Assembly: GCA_951406725.2 (NCBI GenBank)
Contig: OX597836.1
Coordinates: forward strand, 13,454,001-13,518,000
Length of the DNA: 64,000 nt
Direction: 5' to 3'
Source of the DNA: Octopus vulgaris
Lineage: Eukaryota
Positions 44,317 to 57,787 of this stretch are shown one piece after another. The stretch's first letter is position 1. Every line of letters begins with the position of its first letter. A model generated the notes under the pieces. It worked only from the letters and a program-made list of their open reading frames with translations, had not been told where the DNA came from and searched no databases. Position numbers and translations under genes: made by a program.

Positions 44317-45001
44317 TTCTTACCACACAAGCACGTCTGTATGCGTGCATACGTACACAACACACAGCCGCACTTCAAACCTCCTTAGATACTGCGATAA
44401 CACGTTGCTCGTAATTTAGTAACTTAGCTCCGTGACAAACACCAGGCCCAGAGCAGCAAGGCCATCAGATCACTATCTGTGCAAAAGACATGTTTCTCTG
44501 TTCATGCCCGTTTCTATGTATTTTATTGCTTACGACAGTAAATCTAGCTTCCAGAAAATGGCGGCCTTAGCTATTAGCAACGTATCGCTACTTAGGCATT
44601 ATTTATCATATACAGTCTTACGTTCTTTTATATTTTCTCTGATATCCTCTTGCGTTTTTCCAGTCTCTTATCTCAGCCAGAAGCTTTTGACTGTCAAATT
44701 AGGTTGGTCACTGATAAAGCATGTTTTTGTAAGAGTCACCTTGTAGTATTTATTTATCTCTTATCATTTTTCTTGTTTTTATTCGTTAGACTACGGCCAT
44801 GCTGGGGCACCGTCTTGAATTTTTTAATGCTGGGGCATTATCTTGAAAAATTTTAGTAGGTTGAATCGACCGAAGTGCTTTTTTTTAAAAAACCTGATAC
44901 TAATTTTATCGTTCTTCTTGCTGAACTACTAAGTTACGGGATCGTATTCGCACCAACTCGGTTGCCAAGCGGTGAGGGATGACAAATACAAAGACAAAGA
45001 T

Positions 45002-45041
<40 letters not shown>

Positions 45042-45304
45042 ATACACACACACGCACACGCATGCAAACACACACATATATACGAAGGGCTTCTTTCATT
45101 TTCTATTCACGAAATCCACCCAGAAGGCTATGGTCGGTCCAATGCAATAGCAGAACAAAATACAATTGCCCAATGTGCCACACTGTAAGACTGAACTCAA
45201 GACCGTATGGTTGGGAAACAAACCTCTTGTCACACAAGCATATGTATAATATATTTTTTTTCTGTCTTTCAACAACTACCAACAACAACAACAACAATCA
45301 ACAG

Positions 45305-45481
45305 GTAGCTACCTACTGTACGCAAAATGGAGTGGTAAAGAGGTACCCGGTTCACCTTGGAAGATCAGCGTCGTTAACAAGGGCAACGTCAGCAAGGTAC
45401 AGGTGAATACCAACAACTTGGTCGGGTGCATTGCAGGCAAAGATATAATATTGAATGTAGACACAACAGCAGCTGGACAAG
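45305..45481 (+). CDS. jbug: Filamin (jitterbug-like) coding exon
   Basis: acag|...CAAG|gtaag, 177 bp. Encodes [59 protein letters not shown](G), with the VPGSP filamin motif. Confidence 0.92.
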
Positions 45482-45783
45482 GTAAGTTTGTCCGTCTGAA
45501 CTCTCTTTCTCTCTCTCTCTTTCTCGCTCTCTCACTCTCTCTGTTTCTCTCCCTCCCTTTTCTCTCTCTCTCTCTCTCTCTCACTCCCTCTTTCTTTATT
45601 TATCTTTCTCGCACTCCATCTCGCTGTCTCTTTCTCTCTCTTTCTCATTCTCTCTCTCCCTCTGTCTGTGAGGGGATGAAACAAGCGGTCGTATTTCAAT
45701 CAGTTGCTTTGCTTTCGTCTACCTGCCTGCCTGTCTGTCTCTATGTCTCTGTTTCTTCACCTCCCCCGTACCTCTCACCCATT

Positions 45784-45840
<57 letters not shown>

Positions 45841-45841
45841 A

Positions 45842-45898
<57 letters not shown>

Positions 45899-45950
45899 CC
45901 TATCTGTCTGTCTGTCTGTCTGTCTATCTCTCTATCTATCTATCTATCTA

Positions 45951-46376
<426 letters not shown>

Positions 46377-46403
46377 CTGTCAGATACACGCTTATGATAT
46401 GGA

Positions 46404-46787
46404 AGTGGAGGCGCAATGGCCCAGTGGTTAGGGCAGCGGACTCGCGATCATAGGATCGCGGTTTCAATTCCCAGACCGGGCGTTGTGAGTGTTTATTGAG
46501 CGAAAACACCTAAAAAGGCTCCACGAGGCTCCGGCAGGGGATGGTGGTGATCCCTGCTGTACTCTTTCACCACAACTTTCACTCTTACTTCCTGTTTCTG
46601 TTGTACCTGTATTTCAAAGGGCCAGCCTTGTCACTCTCTGTGTCACACTGAATATCCCCGAGAACTACGTTAAGGGTGCACGTTCCTGTGGAGTGCTCAG
46701 CCACTTACACGTTAATTTCACGAGCAGGCAGTTCCGTTGATTCGCATCAACCGGAACCCTCGTCGTCGTAACCGACGGAGTGCTTCC
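46404..46787 (+). mobile_element. SINE family A (tail type 2)
   Basis: Near-identical to 20410. Confidence 0.85.
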
Positions 46788-47158
46788 GCTATGATACGGA
46801 AACGTTTTTGACATTGTAATAAATTCCGAAGCAGCTCCTGTAGTTCCTGCCCTGGGAAAGGCATCTCCGATGCTTATTTCCCCTCTGTGTACTTCTATTT
46901 GGTTTTATCAATATTTAAATTCTAATTTGATGTTTTAAGTTATTATCATTATTATTATTATTATTATGTTCTTTCCTTCTTTCTTCAAATTTTCTTCCGT
47001 TTCTCGCCGTGTGTTTTCCATTCACCTAGGGCAGAGAAGCTCATTGTATGCATTCCCAGATTACACACGCAAATTCACAGATAAAATATGTATTTAAAAA
47101 TTAATAAATAAATAAATTCATGGATGGATGTTGTTTTCACAGCGATAGTGCTCTTCTT

Positions 47159-47293
<135 letters not shown>

Positions 47294-47838
47294 GAGTGAG
47301 AGAGCAGTGCATGCCATCAAAGTGACACTGGGGTAAAATATACGAAGCCCAATATACCCATCATGACTACCCGTCTGATAAGGGTACACCATGCACATGC
47401 ATCACAACCATATGTGCGCGACATGGTGATCTCATATCAAGATAAACAGCACATGACCTTGCAGGTGGGGCCCAGTTACAATTTTCTTCAGGTTGAGTAG
47501 CCCATCCCGCTCAAAAGGTCCCTGAATAAGGGTTGTTTAAGGATGTTGAAAGAACCACCTATGTTTCCAGAGGTGAACTATTCAAACCCCAAAGAATCCC
47601 TCTCAACACATGGCTATGATGCTCCCCCACTACTTCTGCTCGTGATCAGAGATGCACATATCGTCAGCCACTAAGGGACATGCTCAACTGGTTAAGGTCA
47701 CACAACTGACAAGCAAATCTGTGGTATTGAGCAGAATATTTGCTGTAGCCCATCTTTTATACCAAGATAACACTTCCAATCAGTTAAGATCAGAAGCCAT
47801 TATTATCATTATTATTATTGTTGTTGTTGTTGTTGCTC

Positions 47839-47888
<50 letters not shown>

Positions 47889-47909
47889 GAATATTCTTTC
47901 AAAATATAG

Positions 47910-48059
47910 GCGAACTGACAGCTTCTTCCTGGACAATCGAGAAAGCAATTCAATGCGATGTTTTTAAAGAAGCCAAAGGAAGGTACAAAGTACAGTTGAG
48001 TGCGGATATCCCGGGTCATTACAACCTCCGGATTCTCTTTGATCACGAACATGTTCCAG
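47910..48059 (+). CDS. jbug: Filamin (jitterbug-like) coding exon, not in ORF track
   Basis: atatag|...CCAG|gtaac, 150 bp. Encodes GELTASSWTIEKAIQCDVFKEAKGRYKVQLSADIPGHYNLRILFDHEHVP(G). Confidence 0.92.
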
Positions 48060-48102
48060 GTAACGTTTTAAGACACAAAAATGCGCTTTAACTTATAAAT
48101 GA

Positions 48103-48503
48103 CTAGCAGTATCGCCCGGCGTTGCTCGGGTTTGTAAGGGAAATAACTATATAAGCATTTTTAGAGAGTTATAGCCAAAAAATAGCAAAAAATGCATTAA
48201 AAATGGGAAAAAAATGATGGTAAATTTTTTTTAAATCGTTGACTCATCGTAGACATTTTTAGAGAGTTACTTCCCTTATACAATAGCGAAAAAAATGCAT
48301 TAAAATGGAAAAAAATGATGGTAAATTATTTTTAAAATCGTAGACTCATCGTAGACGCGCGCTAATACCCAGACGGGCTCGATATGAATCACAACTATAA
48401 GATACCCGGTTTTGGTTAAACTGTACCGCAAAATGTGGGAGTAGTTAGGAATCTAAATCGTAGGAGACAGACAGACACACAACTTCACTTTTATATATAA
48501 AGA
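48103..48503 (-). mobile_element. Non-autonomous Helitron
   Basis: On the minus strand: A|TC 5' end, subterminal hairpin cccgagcaacgccggg and CTAG|T 3' end, with an internal duplication of about 100 bp. Confidence 0.85.
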
Positions 48504-48721
48504 TGAACAGTACTGTTAACATAGTACTAAAACGAGGTTCTAATATAAACGAACTTTAGGTTAGGTCGGATATCATTCGCTAACACCTACTGAGGAAGGT
48601 CAAGGAGCTAAAAACGCATCTAGGAATCCTCTAGAGGAACACATTGAGTAGACAAAGTGTTTTCTCTTTTTTTTTTACCCTTTATAACGCTCATTTTTCA
48701 TAGCATTTTTTCCGATGGCCG

Positions 48722-48782
48722 GATAACTGATGAGATGGCGGCGTGGATTTCCACCCCGGCATCTGAAACTCGGAGTTTTATC
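48722..48782 (+). ncRNA. Hammerhead motif with canonical core
   Basis: gataa-CTGATGA-gatg..gtgga-tt-tccac..catc-t-GAAA-CTC-G-GAG-TT-ttatc. One extra U sits before GAAA. Confidence 0.65.
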
Positions 48783-48924
48783 ATGGCTACCGAATAATTG
48801 TCACATATTACATTTGCAGATAAATTCCTCTATTTACATAATATCGAGGTCTCTTTCATTCTTTTGTTGTCTTACCATTTTTATCAATATATATACATAT
48901 ATATATATATAAATTAATAATAAA

Positions 48925-49164
48925 ATATTAGGGAATAAATCCAAACTTACAGGGAAAAATCAGATTTAGGATTGAATCCAATTTTATAGTAAAATATTAT
49001 ATTATATTAAATTAGAGATAAAACCACTATTAGGCAAATCATACAATGAAAAACTTAAGCCAATACATAAAATTAATTAAAATAATATAAATTAATTAAT
49101 CTTATGTATTGGCTTAAGTTTTTCATTGTATGATTTGCCTAATAGTGGTTTTATCTCTAATTTA

Positions 49165-49172
<8 letters not shown>
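48925..49172 (-). mobile_element. Fold-back short element
   Basis: Arms at about 48999-49079 and 49092-49172, in (TA)n. Confidence 0.8.
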
Positions 49173-49256
<84 letters not shown>

Positions 49257-49522
49257 AGTGTGTATTTAGCGGTTCGGCAAAAGACCGATAGAATAAGTAC
49301 TAGACTTTAAAATACAATAAGGCCTGGGGTCGATTTGTTTGACTGAAGCAAGTAAACAAATGAATAGTTTCCATCGACTGATATCCATAAACAAGTCATT
49401 GACAGTCATCCGCAGTCAGATCAAAAATACGTATTAGGGAGATTTTTGTATGGCAATCTTTTATAACTGTTGTTTTTATGAAGCATAGCTATTTAATTTT
49501 TGTTATTTTGTTTTGAATATAG

Positions 49523-49690
49523 GAAGTCCATTTAATATAATGGTAGGAGATCCGCCCGATGCAAAAGAAGTCTACGTGTATGGCCCAGGAATTGAAGACG
49601 GTGTCCTGTATTCGTACCAGAGCAACTTCATAGTGGAAACAACCGGTGCAGGGAACGGGAGGTTAGCTGTAAAAATAAAAGGACCTAAAG
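49523..49690 (+). CDS. jbug: Filamin (jitterbug-like) coding exon
   Basis: atatag|...AAAG|gtaaa, 168 bp. Encodes GSPFNIMVGDPPDAKEVYVYGPGIEDGVLYSYQSNFIVETTGAGNGRLAVKIKGPK(G), resembling the last repeat of Drosophila Jitterbug as I recall it. Confidence 0.95.
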
Positions 49691-50001
49691 GTAAATAACT
49701 CCACCGAGCGAGAGAGAGCCTCTATGCCTGCGATGCATGGAGATTCCCGTTTCACCTGGCATATTGAAATTTCATTTTTGTTTTAAATCTAATCACTCTG
49801 TTAATGGAATGACATTTAAATGTATAACATGTATATTGATGTGTCTGATTCTCCGTGATGTAGCAGTTCGGCAAAATATATCGATAGAATAAGTACCAGT
49901 CTTACAAGGAATAAGTTCTGGGGTCGATTTCTTCAATTAAAAAAAGCCTTTAAGCCAGTATGACTGCAGTCAAATGACTGAAACAAGTAAAAAAAAAAAC
50001 A

Positions 50002-50082
<81 letters not shown>

Positions 50083-50274
50083 CGCAGTGTGTGTGCTGTT
50101 TGTGTGTTTTGTACGTATGCTATATATATATATACCACACATACATATACATATATAAAAATGGTTCCGTGTGTGTTAAGTAAAATGAGACAACACTGGC
50201 AGAGTAAAATTTCTTGGCATCTATAAAGGCAAGTATACTAATAGCTGTCCTTCCGTAGCTCCCGGGCCGACTTA

Positions 50275-50575
50275 CATGCCTTGTGAGTGGATTTGGTAGA
50301 CGGAAACTGAAAGAAGCCTGTCCGTATATATGTATATATATATACTAGTGTGTGTGTATATGTTTGTGTGTCTGTGTTTGTCCCCTAGCATTGCTTGACA
50401 ACCGATGCTGGTGTGTTTACGTCCCCGTCACTTAGCGGTTCGGCAAAAGAGACTGATAGAATAAGTACTGGGCTTACAAAGAATAAGTCCTGGATTCGAC
50501 ATGCGCGACTAAAGGCGGTGCTCCAGCATGGCCGCAGTCAAAATGACTGAAACAAGTAAAAGAGTAAAAGTAAAA
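50275..50575 (+). mobile_element. SINE family C
   Basis: Body and tail match the family. Confidence 0.8.
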
Positions 50576-50633
50576 GGTAGTTTTCTCTTGTGTTTAAATG
50601 TACACTATTATGTATATATATATATATATATAT

Positions 50634-50932
50634 CACCGTGATCACAGTGACCGACCAGGCCATCAGATGTTGCTACACATCGCTGGTCACAATGAGCTTC
50701 GTATTGTTTTATCCTTCAAATGACGCCACTCTGCTTGGCTAAGCGAGCAGGTCAACAGAAAAAAGAGTGAGAGAAAGTTGTGGCGAAAGAATACAGCAGG
50801 GATCGCCACCCCCACCCCCCGCCGGAGCCTCGTGGAGCTTTTAGGTGTTTTCGCTCAATAAACACTCACAACGCCCGGTTTGAGAATCGAAACGGTGATC
50901 CTACAACCGCGAGTCCGCTGCCCTAACCACTG
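50634..50932 (-). mobile_element. SINE family A (tail type 1)
   Basis: Similarity to 423. Confidence 0.8.
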
Positions 50933-51085
50933 GAGGCGCAATATATTTATATATAAGTGATATTCGTGGCCACTTCAACTGACGTTCCTACTATTTTAAC
51001 TCCAGGAGGACGCCTCATCCAACTGGTTATTTGATGCAATCTGCACCCGATATATATCGCGAGCAGGGTAGTGAGTCCCTACCGT

Positions 51086-51135
<50 letters not shown>

Positions 51136-51265
51136 TAGTAGAATCAGTCAATATCGTACAGAATTTTTTTGCTTTGACGGCCGACCAAACAGTTAAAAAA
51201 AAAGTATTATTCCTGTTAATTGTTTTTTTCTTTTTGTTATTTTTTTTTCCTCTTCTTTTTAACAG

Positions 51266-51510
51266 GAGCCTTTAATGTGAACATGAGAAAAAGTCCTGCT
51301 TCGAATCGTACAATTATATGCAACTACAAACCAACGGAGATTGGCGAATACATAATCTGTGTTACTTGGTCCGATGAAAATGTGACAGGCAGTCCATTTG
51401 TAGTCAAAATATTTGACAACCCGTTCGAACTACAAAACAAAGCGTCAAATGACGGCGGAAACCGAGCGATTAAGGGCAACTCAGACGCACAATGGAGTGA
51501 GTTAATTTGA
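51266..51510 (+). CDS. jbug: Filamin (jitterbug-like) terminal coding exon
   Basis: Strong pyrimidine tract plus aacag|. Encodes GAFNVNMRKSPASNRTIICNYKPTEIGEYIICVTWSDENVTGSPFVVKIFDNPFEL...WSELI with TGA at 51508-51510. The GPKGAF..RTI.C.Y.PTE.G.Y...V.W...V.GSPF.V.IFD pattern is jbug-like. Confidence 0.95.
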
Positions 51511-51691
51511 AGGGGGCGGCGCAACGGAATGAGCTAATTTGAAGTTTAAATTTGCTTCACACTTCTTCCTAGTTTACGCTGACAGTACCATAATGCACCG
51601 GTTCATTTCCGGTTTTCATTATCACAAACGTAACTTTGAACACACCTACGAGAACTCATTTCTAAATCTGTTCTATCATCTATTATGAGTA

Positions 51692-51920
51692 TGGCGGTGA
51701 GCTGGCAGGATTGTTAGCGCGTCGGACAAACTGCTTGACGGCATTTTTCTTCCGGCACTTTACGTTCCGAGTTCAAATTCCACCGAGGTCAACATTGCCT
51801 TTCATCTTTTCGACGATCGATAAAACAACTTGCCAGTTGAGAATTGGAATCGATGATTGATGTAATCGACTTCAACCCCCCCCTTCAAAAATGCTGGTCT
51901 TGGGCCAAAATTTGAAACGA
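51692..51920 (+). mobile_element. Diverged SINE family B in the presumptive 3' UTR
   Basis: ggcggtgagctggcag head and a recognisable core. Confidence 0.7.
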
Positions 51921-52354
51921 TGATTAATTATGCGTCCCTTCTTCTCCTTCACCCCGTCATTGCTTTCACCTGCCAATGCACCACACTGCTCTGAAGAATA
52001 CGGGTAGCAGACACCACCTAGCTTATCTGACTTTCTACATTATTTGTTCTGTATAAATAAGCACATAGTTACTTTGTTAGACTGAAAAGATCTTCATCAC
52101 AGATGTTACATATATTGCGTCGTATATGATATCTGCCTCATCTCACCCTCCACAGCCATCTTCTATATGTTGACTATGGTGGTGGTAGGAGAGGTGGAGA
52201 GTTGCCATGTTGAGTTCGTATTTGTTTACAGTTTAATTACATCAGAGTGAAGAAGACCGTCTGAAAATTTGTTGAAATGATTTGAAAATGAATAAATATT
52301 TTTACAATTAAAAGCGAAGTCCTGATTTATGGTTTATTCAATGAGCATTTTGTA

Positions 52355-52410
52355 AATAAAATACAACGTACAGGTGTGTTTGCTTGTGTATGTGTGTTTG
52401 TGTTTCTATG
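52355..52410 (+). terminator. Candidate polyadenylation signal of the filamin gene
   Basis: AATAAA at 52355-52360 followed by a GT-rich stretch from about 52373. An alternative AATAAA lies at 52291. Confidence 0.45.
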
Positions 52411-53109
52411 TATGTATGTATGTATGTATGTATGTATGTATGTATGTATGTATGTCCTCATCGTTTGTTCTTACTGTTTTGTTCTCACTGTCCTGTTCTT
52501 GTTACCACTTTCACCTTGCGCATATTTGCTTTGCGGGAAGGACTGTTTCAACGAAGTTGCGTCTTATCCTTGCCTTCGAAACGCGGAGTAGATGAAACAA
52601 GGACAACTGAAGAAGGGGAATATACTTTATGTTGTACGTCTCGTTTCTCTGTTTGTTTTTTTCGTCGTTCCAAAAAAAGTGTGTTTCTATGTTTTTGTTT
52701 TTATGATTTCGTTTCTCATTGTGTTCAACGTTTTTTTATGTCCTGTACCCATATATGCATGTATATATATACATATATATGTAGGTATGTACATATATGT
52801 ATGTATATATGCATATATTTATATATCATTTATAGTATGTATGTATGTATGTATGTATGTATGTATGTATGTATGTATGTATGTACATATGTATTTGAAC
52901 GTTATTAACACGAAAGTATGGCTGTTTAAATTCCTCTGGCGTAAGGTTTGAACCTGAAGCAACATGTGAACGTTTGAATTCATATTTTCTTTTTTTTTTT
53001 CTCTTTCTTATTTTTCTTTCCTTATTTTTTTTCTTTCGGTTGAATTAAGACGTCAACCGAAAAATTATGCAGCGAAATTTAATTATCACAGTTTAATCTA
53101 ATTTAATAC

Positions 53110-53166
<57 letters not shown>

Positions 53167-53459
53167 GTATGTTCACACACACGCACATATGTATATATGT
53201 ATATCATATATACATATATGCATATACATATATATATATATATATATATCATTTATATATGTCTATATACACACACACACACATATATATATACATATAT
53301 ATACAAGCATATACACATATACATACATACATATACATATATGTATATATATATATATATACATATATGTATATGTATATGTATTTATGTATGCATATAT
53401 ATATATATGTATTTATGCATATTTATGTATATATGTGTATATATGTATATATAGGTATG

Positions 53460-53503
<44 letters not shown>

Positions 53504-53716
53504 AAGGAGCTTTGTACTGTTCATCAAGAAAATCTTCTTCCTGAAGATTTCTCTTGAATGAAACAGTACTATCCTGTATATATAATAAATTAATTTTACT
53601 CTGCTATGTATTGAGTACCTTACTTACTGTGGTTAACCCGAATCAACCCGGGACCTATATGTATATATGTATGTGTGTGTATATATACACATATATATAT
53701 TTATACATATGTAGGC

Positions 53717-53755
<39 letters not shown>

Positions 53756-53776
53756 CATACATACATAAATACATGC

Positions 53777-53826
<50 letters not shown>

Positions 53827-53870
53827 ATACATGCATAAATACATACATACATATATCTATATATACATAC

Positions 53871-53958
<88 letters not shown>

Positions 53959-54807
53959 TTTTATGGAAGTTTCTGAATGCCATCACCATGGCAGATTTTG
54001 TTTTTCATAAGGCAGATTTTGTTTTTCATAAGGTTATAACAAATTAGTTTATTTGTCGTAACATTGGCCGTATAATGTAACCTCTCTGTATTATTCAGTT
54101 TGTTTTTCAAAGAATGTTATTCCTCAATTTTTAAAACATGTGCAGAATTAATGTAATATATCTTTGTCACCGTACGCTGCTGCCGCCGTTGTTAAAATTG
54201 GTGTTTAGCCCAAGGAAAGCCCTGACTGAGCAAGTCTATGATTAAAGACGACTCAGCCTTGACCATCCCCATTTAAAAACATGTAGCGTCTTATTTATTT
54301 ATTTATTTATTTATTGTTTTTGCCTTTGCCTTTTACATTTTTAGGTTTATGGTTGCGGCCATGCTGGAGTACCGCCCTTAGCCGAGCAAATCGACTCCAG
54401 GACTTATTCTTTGTAAGCCTAGTACCTATTCTATCGGTCTCTTTTTGCCGAACTGACATTTTGTATAAAACACTTCTAAATACTCAAGATTCGAAAGAAT
54501 AAACCAAAATAGATCGTTCTTGCTGTAGGCCCTTTGGCCTAAAGGTTTGAATGCTGCACTCACCATCGCAAGATCGTGGTCCTCTATTCCCAGACCGAAC
54601 CGGGAAGTGCGTTGTGTCCTTTGGAAAGACACTACATCTCATGATTTCCTCCAGTTTCTTCTGTTGCAAATGAGCAAACTTGCAACGAACTGGTGTCCCG
54701 TTGTGTCGCTCAGGCGGGGTGGGCAGGAATGCTGTGACGTCGGTCACTTGTAACGTCATGGAAACCGGCAGACCGGCCCTATGAGACTTTGGGCTCGAAG
54801 ACACAGA

Positions 54808-54844
<37 letters not shown>

Positions 54845-55161
54845 TACAAACAGACAGACAAACAGACAAGCGAGGAGAAGGATTTGTATTTGTTGTTGTT
54901 GTTGTTGTTTTTGTTATTGCTGTATAGTAATCTTTCAAGATGGCAGGATGTGATTTGAGTGCAATTTGGCTGGTATTTCTATCGGACCTAGTGACCATGT
55001 AGCGGTTCCCTCTTTGGAAAAACTTTATATCCCAGGAATGTGAGAGAAGTTAGACCCAAGATCTTGAATTAGTTCTCTAAGATGCCGAAAGTGAAACTTT
55101 GGCATCTTACAGAAAATAAACATTTTCATTTATACACATACACATGTATGCGTACGTGTGA

Positions 55162-55240
<79 letters not shown>

Positions 55241-55318
55241 TGTATTTGCATATGGAAGTGTAAACTTATACTTTTATATATATAAACACATACATATTCT
55301 ATATATATAAATATACAC

Positions 55319-55376
<58 letters not shown>

Positions 55377-55377
55377 C

Positions 55378-55450
<73 letters not shown>

Positions 55451-55744
55451 GCTCTGTGTATATATATATATACTCGCACATATATGTAAAAAGATACGTA
55501 AGTACATATATATGTGTGTGTTTATATTTGAGTGTATGCATTTGTATCTGTTTATATACGCATGTGTATGTGTATATTTCTGGATGGATGCATGTATGCA
55601 AAACGTATGTGTGCGTTTGATATATATATGTACGCATTTGTTCTTGCATATGTTTGTGTATGTATGTGTATATATATACATATACTTATATATATATATA
55701 TATATGCGAGTGTTCTATATGTGTGTATATATATATATAAATAT

Positions 55745-55822
<78 letters not shown>

Positions 55823-56009
55823 ATATATTTGTACACACGTATATATATATATATATGTATATATAAATGCTTTTATATGTATATGTATATGTAGATTTGT
55901 ACCAATATATAATATCCAACATGAACAAAAAATAATACAAACAAACATGTAAAAAATACATAAGAAAATTCTAAAACGAATGCAAAACATACGTACACAC
56001 ACACACACA

Positions 56010-56048
<39 letters not shown>

Positions 56049-56681
56049 CACACATACTCACGCACAGACACACTCACAACATGCACACACACAGACACAG
56101 AAGCAAGATAGCAAATATATCACTTTCTTTAGCAGCGAAAAACTCCAAAACGTGGAAGGAATAGTTTTTATCAACAACAAAAATTCTACGTCTGTTTTAT
56201 ATTGACCTTATTTGGAAACAAGGAAAGGCAAAAAACAAACAAAAAGAATATGAGAACAAAAATTATATTCTAGAGGAATTTCTTCCTGTTTTTTTACCAA
56301 CTACAACAACAACAGCAACAACAACAACAAAAACAACTGTTTCAACACTGTTTACTTAATATGATATAAAACGTGTTAATAATTGTTATAAGGATAAAAA
56401 TGTTGTTGTTGCTGCTGTTGCTGCTGCTGTTGGTGTTGTTATTGCTGTTGTTTAAGGTGATGATGATGATGATGATGATATTGATGCTGCTGTTTTTGTT
56501 GTTGTTGACGTGTTTGGAAAGTTGTAATATAAAAAGACCAAGGAAGAATTTGAACTCAGAACATGAAGAAATTTATCCATACATTCGTGGCCAAAAGTTG
56601 GAACATATCTGAAAATTAGAAATTTTTTTTTTATTAAATACTCAAAGTTATATTTAATTTATTTTTAATTTATTTATTATT

Positions 56682-56961
56682 GCGCCCTTTTCAAGCCTAT
56701 CCAGGCTCATGGGCCCGGTTTCCCGGTTTCTGAGGCGTATGTGTTTCCCCCAGTTCATCGCAGCGTTACTCAAGAAACAGGAAGAAAGAGTGACAGAATG
56801 TTGGGGCGAAAGAGTATAACAAGGGTCGCCACCACGCCCTGCCGGAGCCTCGTGAAATTGTTAGGTGTTTTCGCTCAATAAACACACACAACGCCCGGTC
56901 TGAGAATCGAAACCGCGATCCTCCGACCGCTGTCCTAACCACTGCGCCATTGCGCCTCCAC
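56682..56961 (-). mobile_element. SINE family A head with a third tail type
   Basis: Head as family A, tail shared with 4025. Confidence 0.7.
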
Positions 56962-57188
56962 TATATCTAATTTGCAATATATTATTACTTGGCGAAAAGT
57001 TTGGAACATAGGTCTGACAATTTTTTCTTCTAGATATTGAATCATTGAATCACTTTATGTCTCCACGTTGTATATATTTGAATTGAATTATACTTGGGCA
57101 GAACAATTTTAATTTTTTAAAAAACTGTTGCAGATTTTTGGTTATGACTGTAAATTAAAAATCTGTTGCCTGATATTCAACTGATTCT

Positions 57189-57787
57189 TATTTCTTTATT
57201 ACCCACAAGGGGCTAAACATAGAGGGGACAAACAAAGACAGACAAAGGGATTAAATCAATTAGATCGCTCCCAGTATGCAACTAGTACTTAATTTATCGA
57301 CCCCGAAAGGATGAAAGGCAAAGTCGACCTCGGCGGAATTTGAACTCAGAACGTAACGCAGACGAAATACTTATTTCTTTATTGCTCACAAGGGGCTAAA
57401 CACAGAGAGGACAGACAAGGGCAGACAAACGGATTAAGTCGATTATGTCGACCCCAGTGCGTAACTGGTACTTATTTAATCGACCCCGAAAGGATGAAAG
57501 GCAAAGTCAACCTCGGTGGAATTTGAACTCAGAACGTAAGACAGACGAAATACCTATTTCTTTACTACTCACAAGGAGCTACACACAGAGAGGACAAACA
57601 AGGACAGACAAACGGATTAAGTCGATTATATCGACCCCAGTGCGTAACTGGTACTTATTTAATTGACCCCGAAAGGATGAAAGGCAAAGCCGACCTCGGC
57701 GGAATTTGAACTCAGAACGTAGCGGCAGACGAAACGCTACTAAGCATTTCGCCCGGCGTGCTAACGTTTCTGCCAGCTCGCCGCCTT
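57189..57787 (-). mobile_element. SINE family B head-to-tail trimer
   Basis: Three units and one head. 15-bp TSD tattc(a/t)actgattct at 57174-57188 and 57788-57802. Confidence 0.88.

Noticed and set aside
53505-53575. CTGAAGA...GAAACAGTACT in a small hairpin
   Set aside because: Stems I and II are not supported. At most a decayed fold-back.
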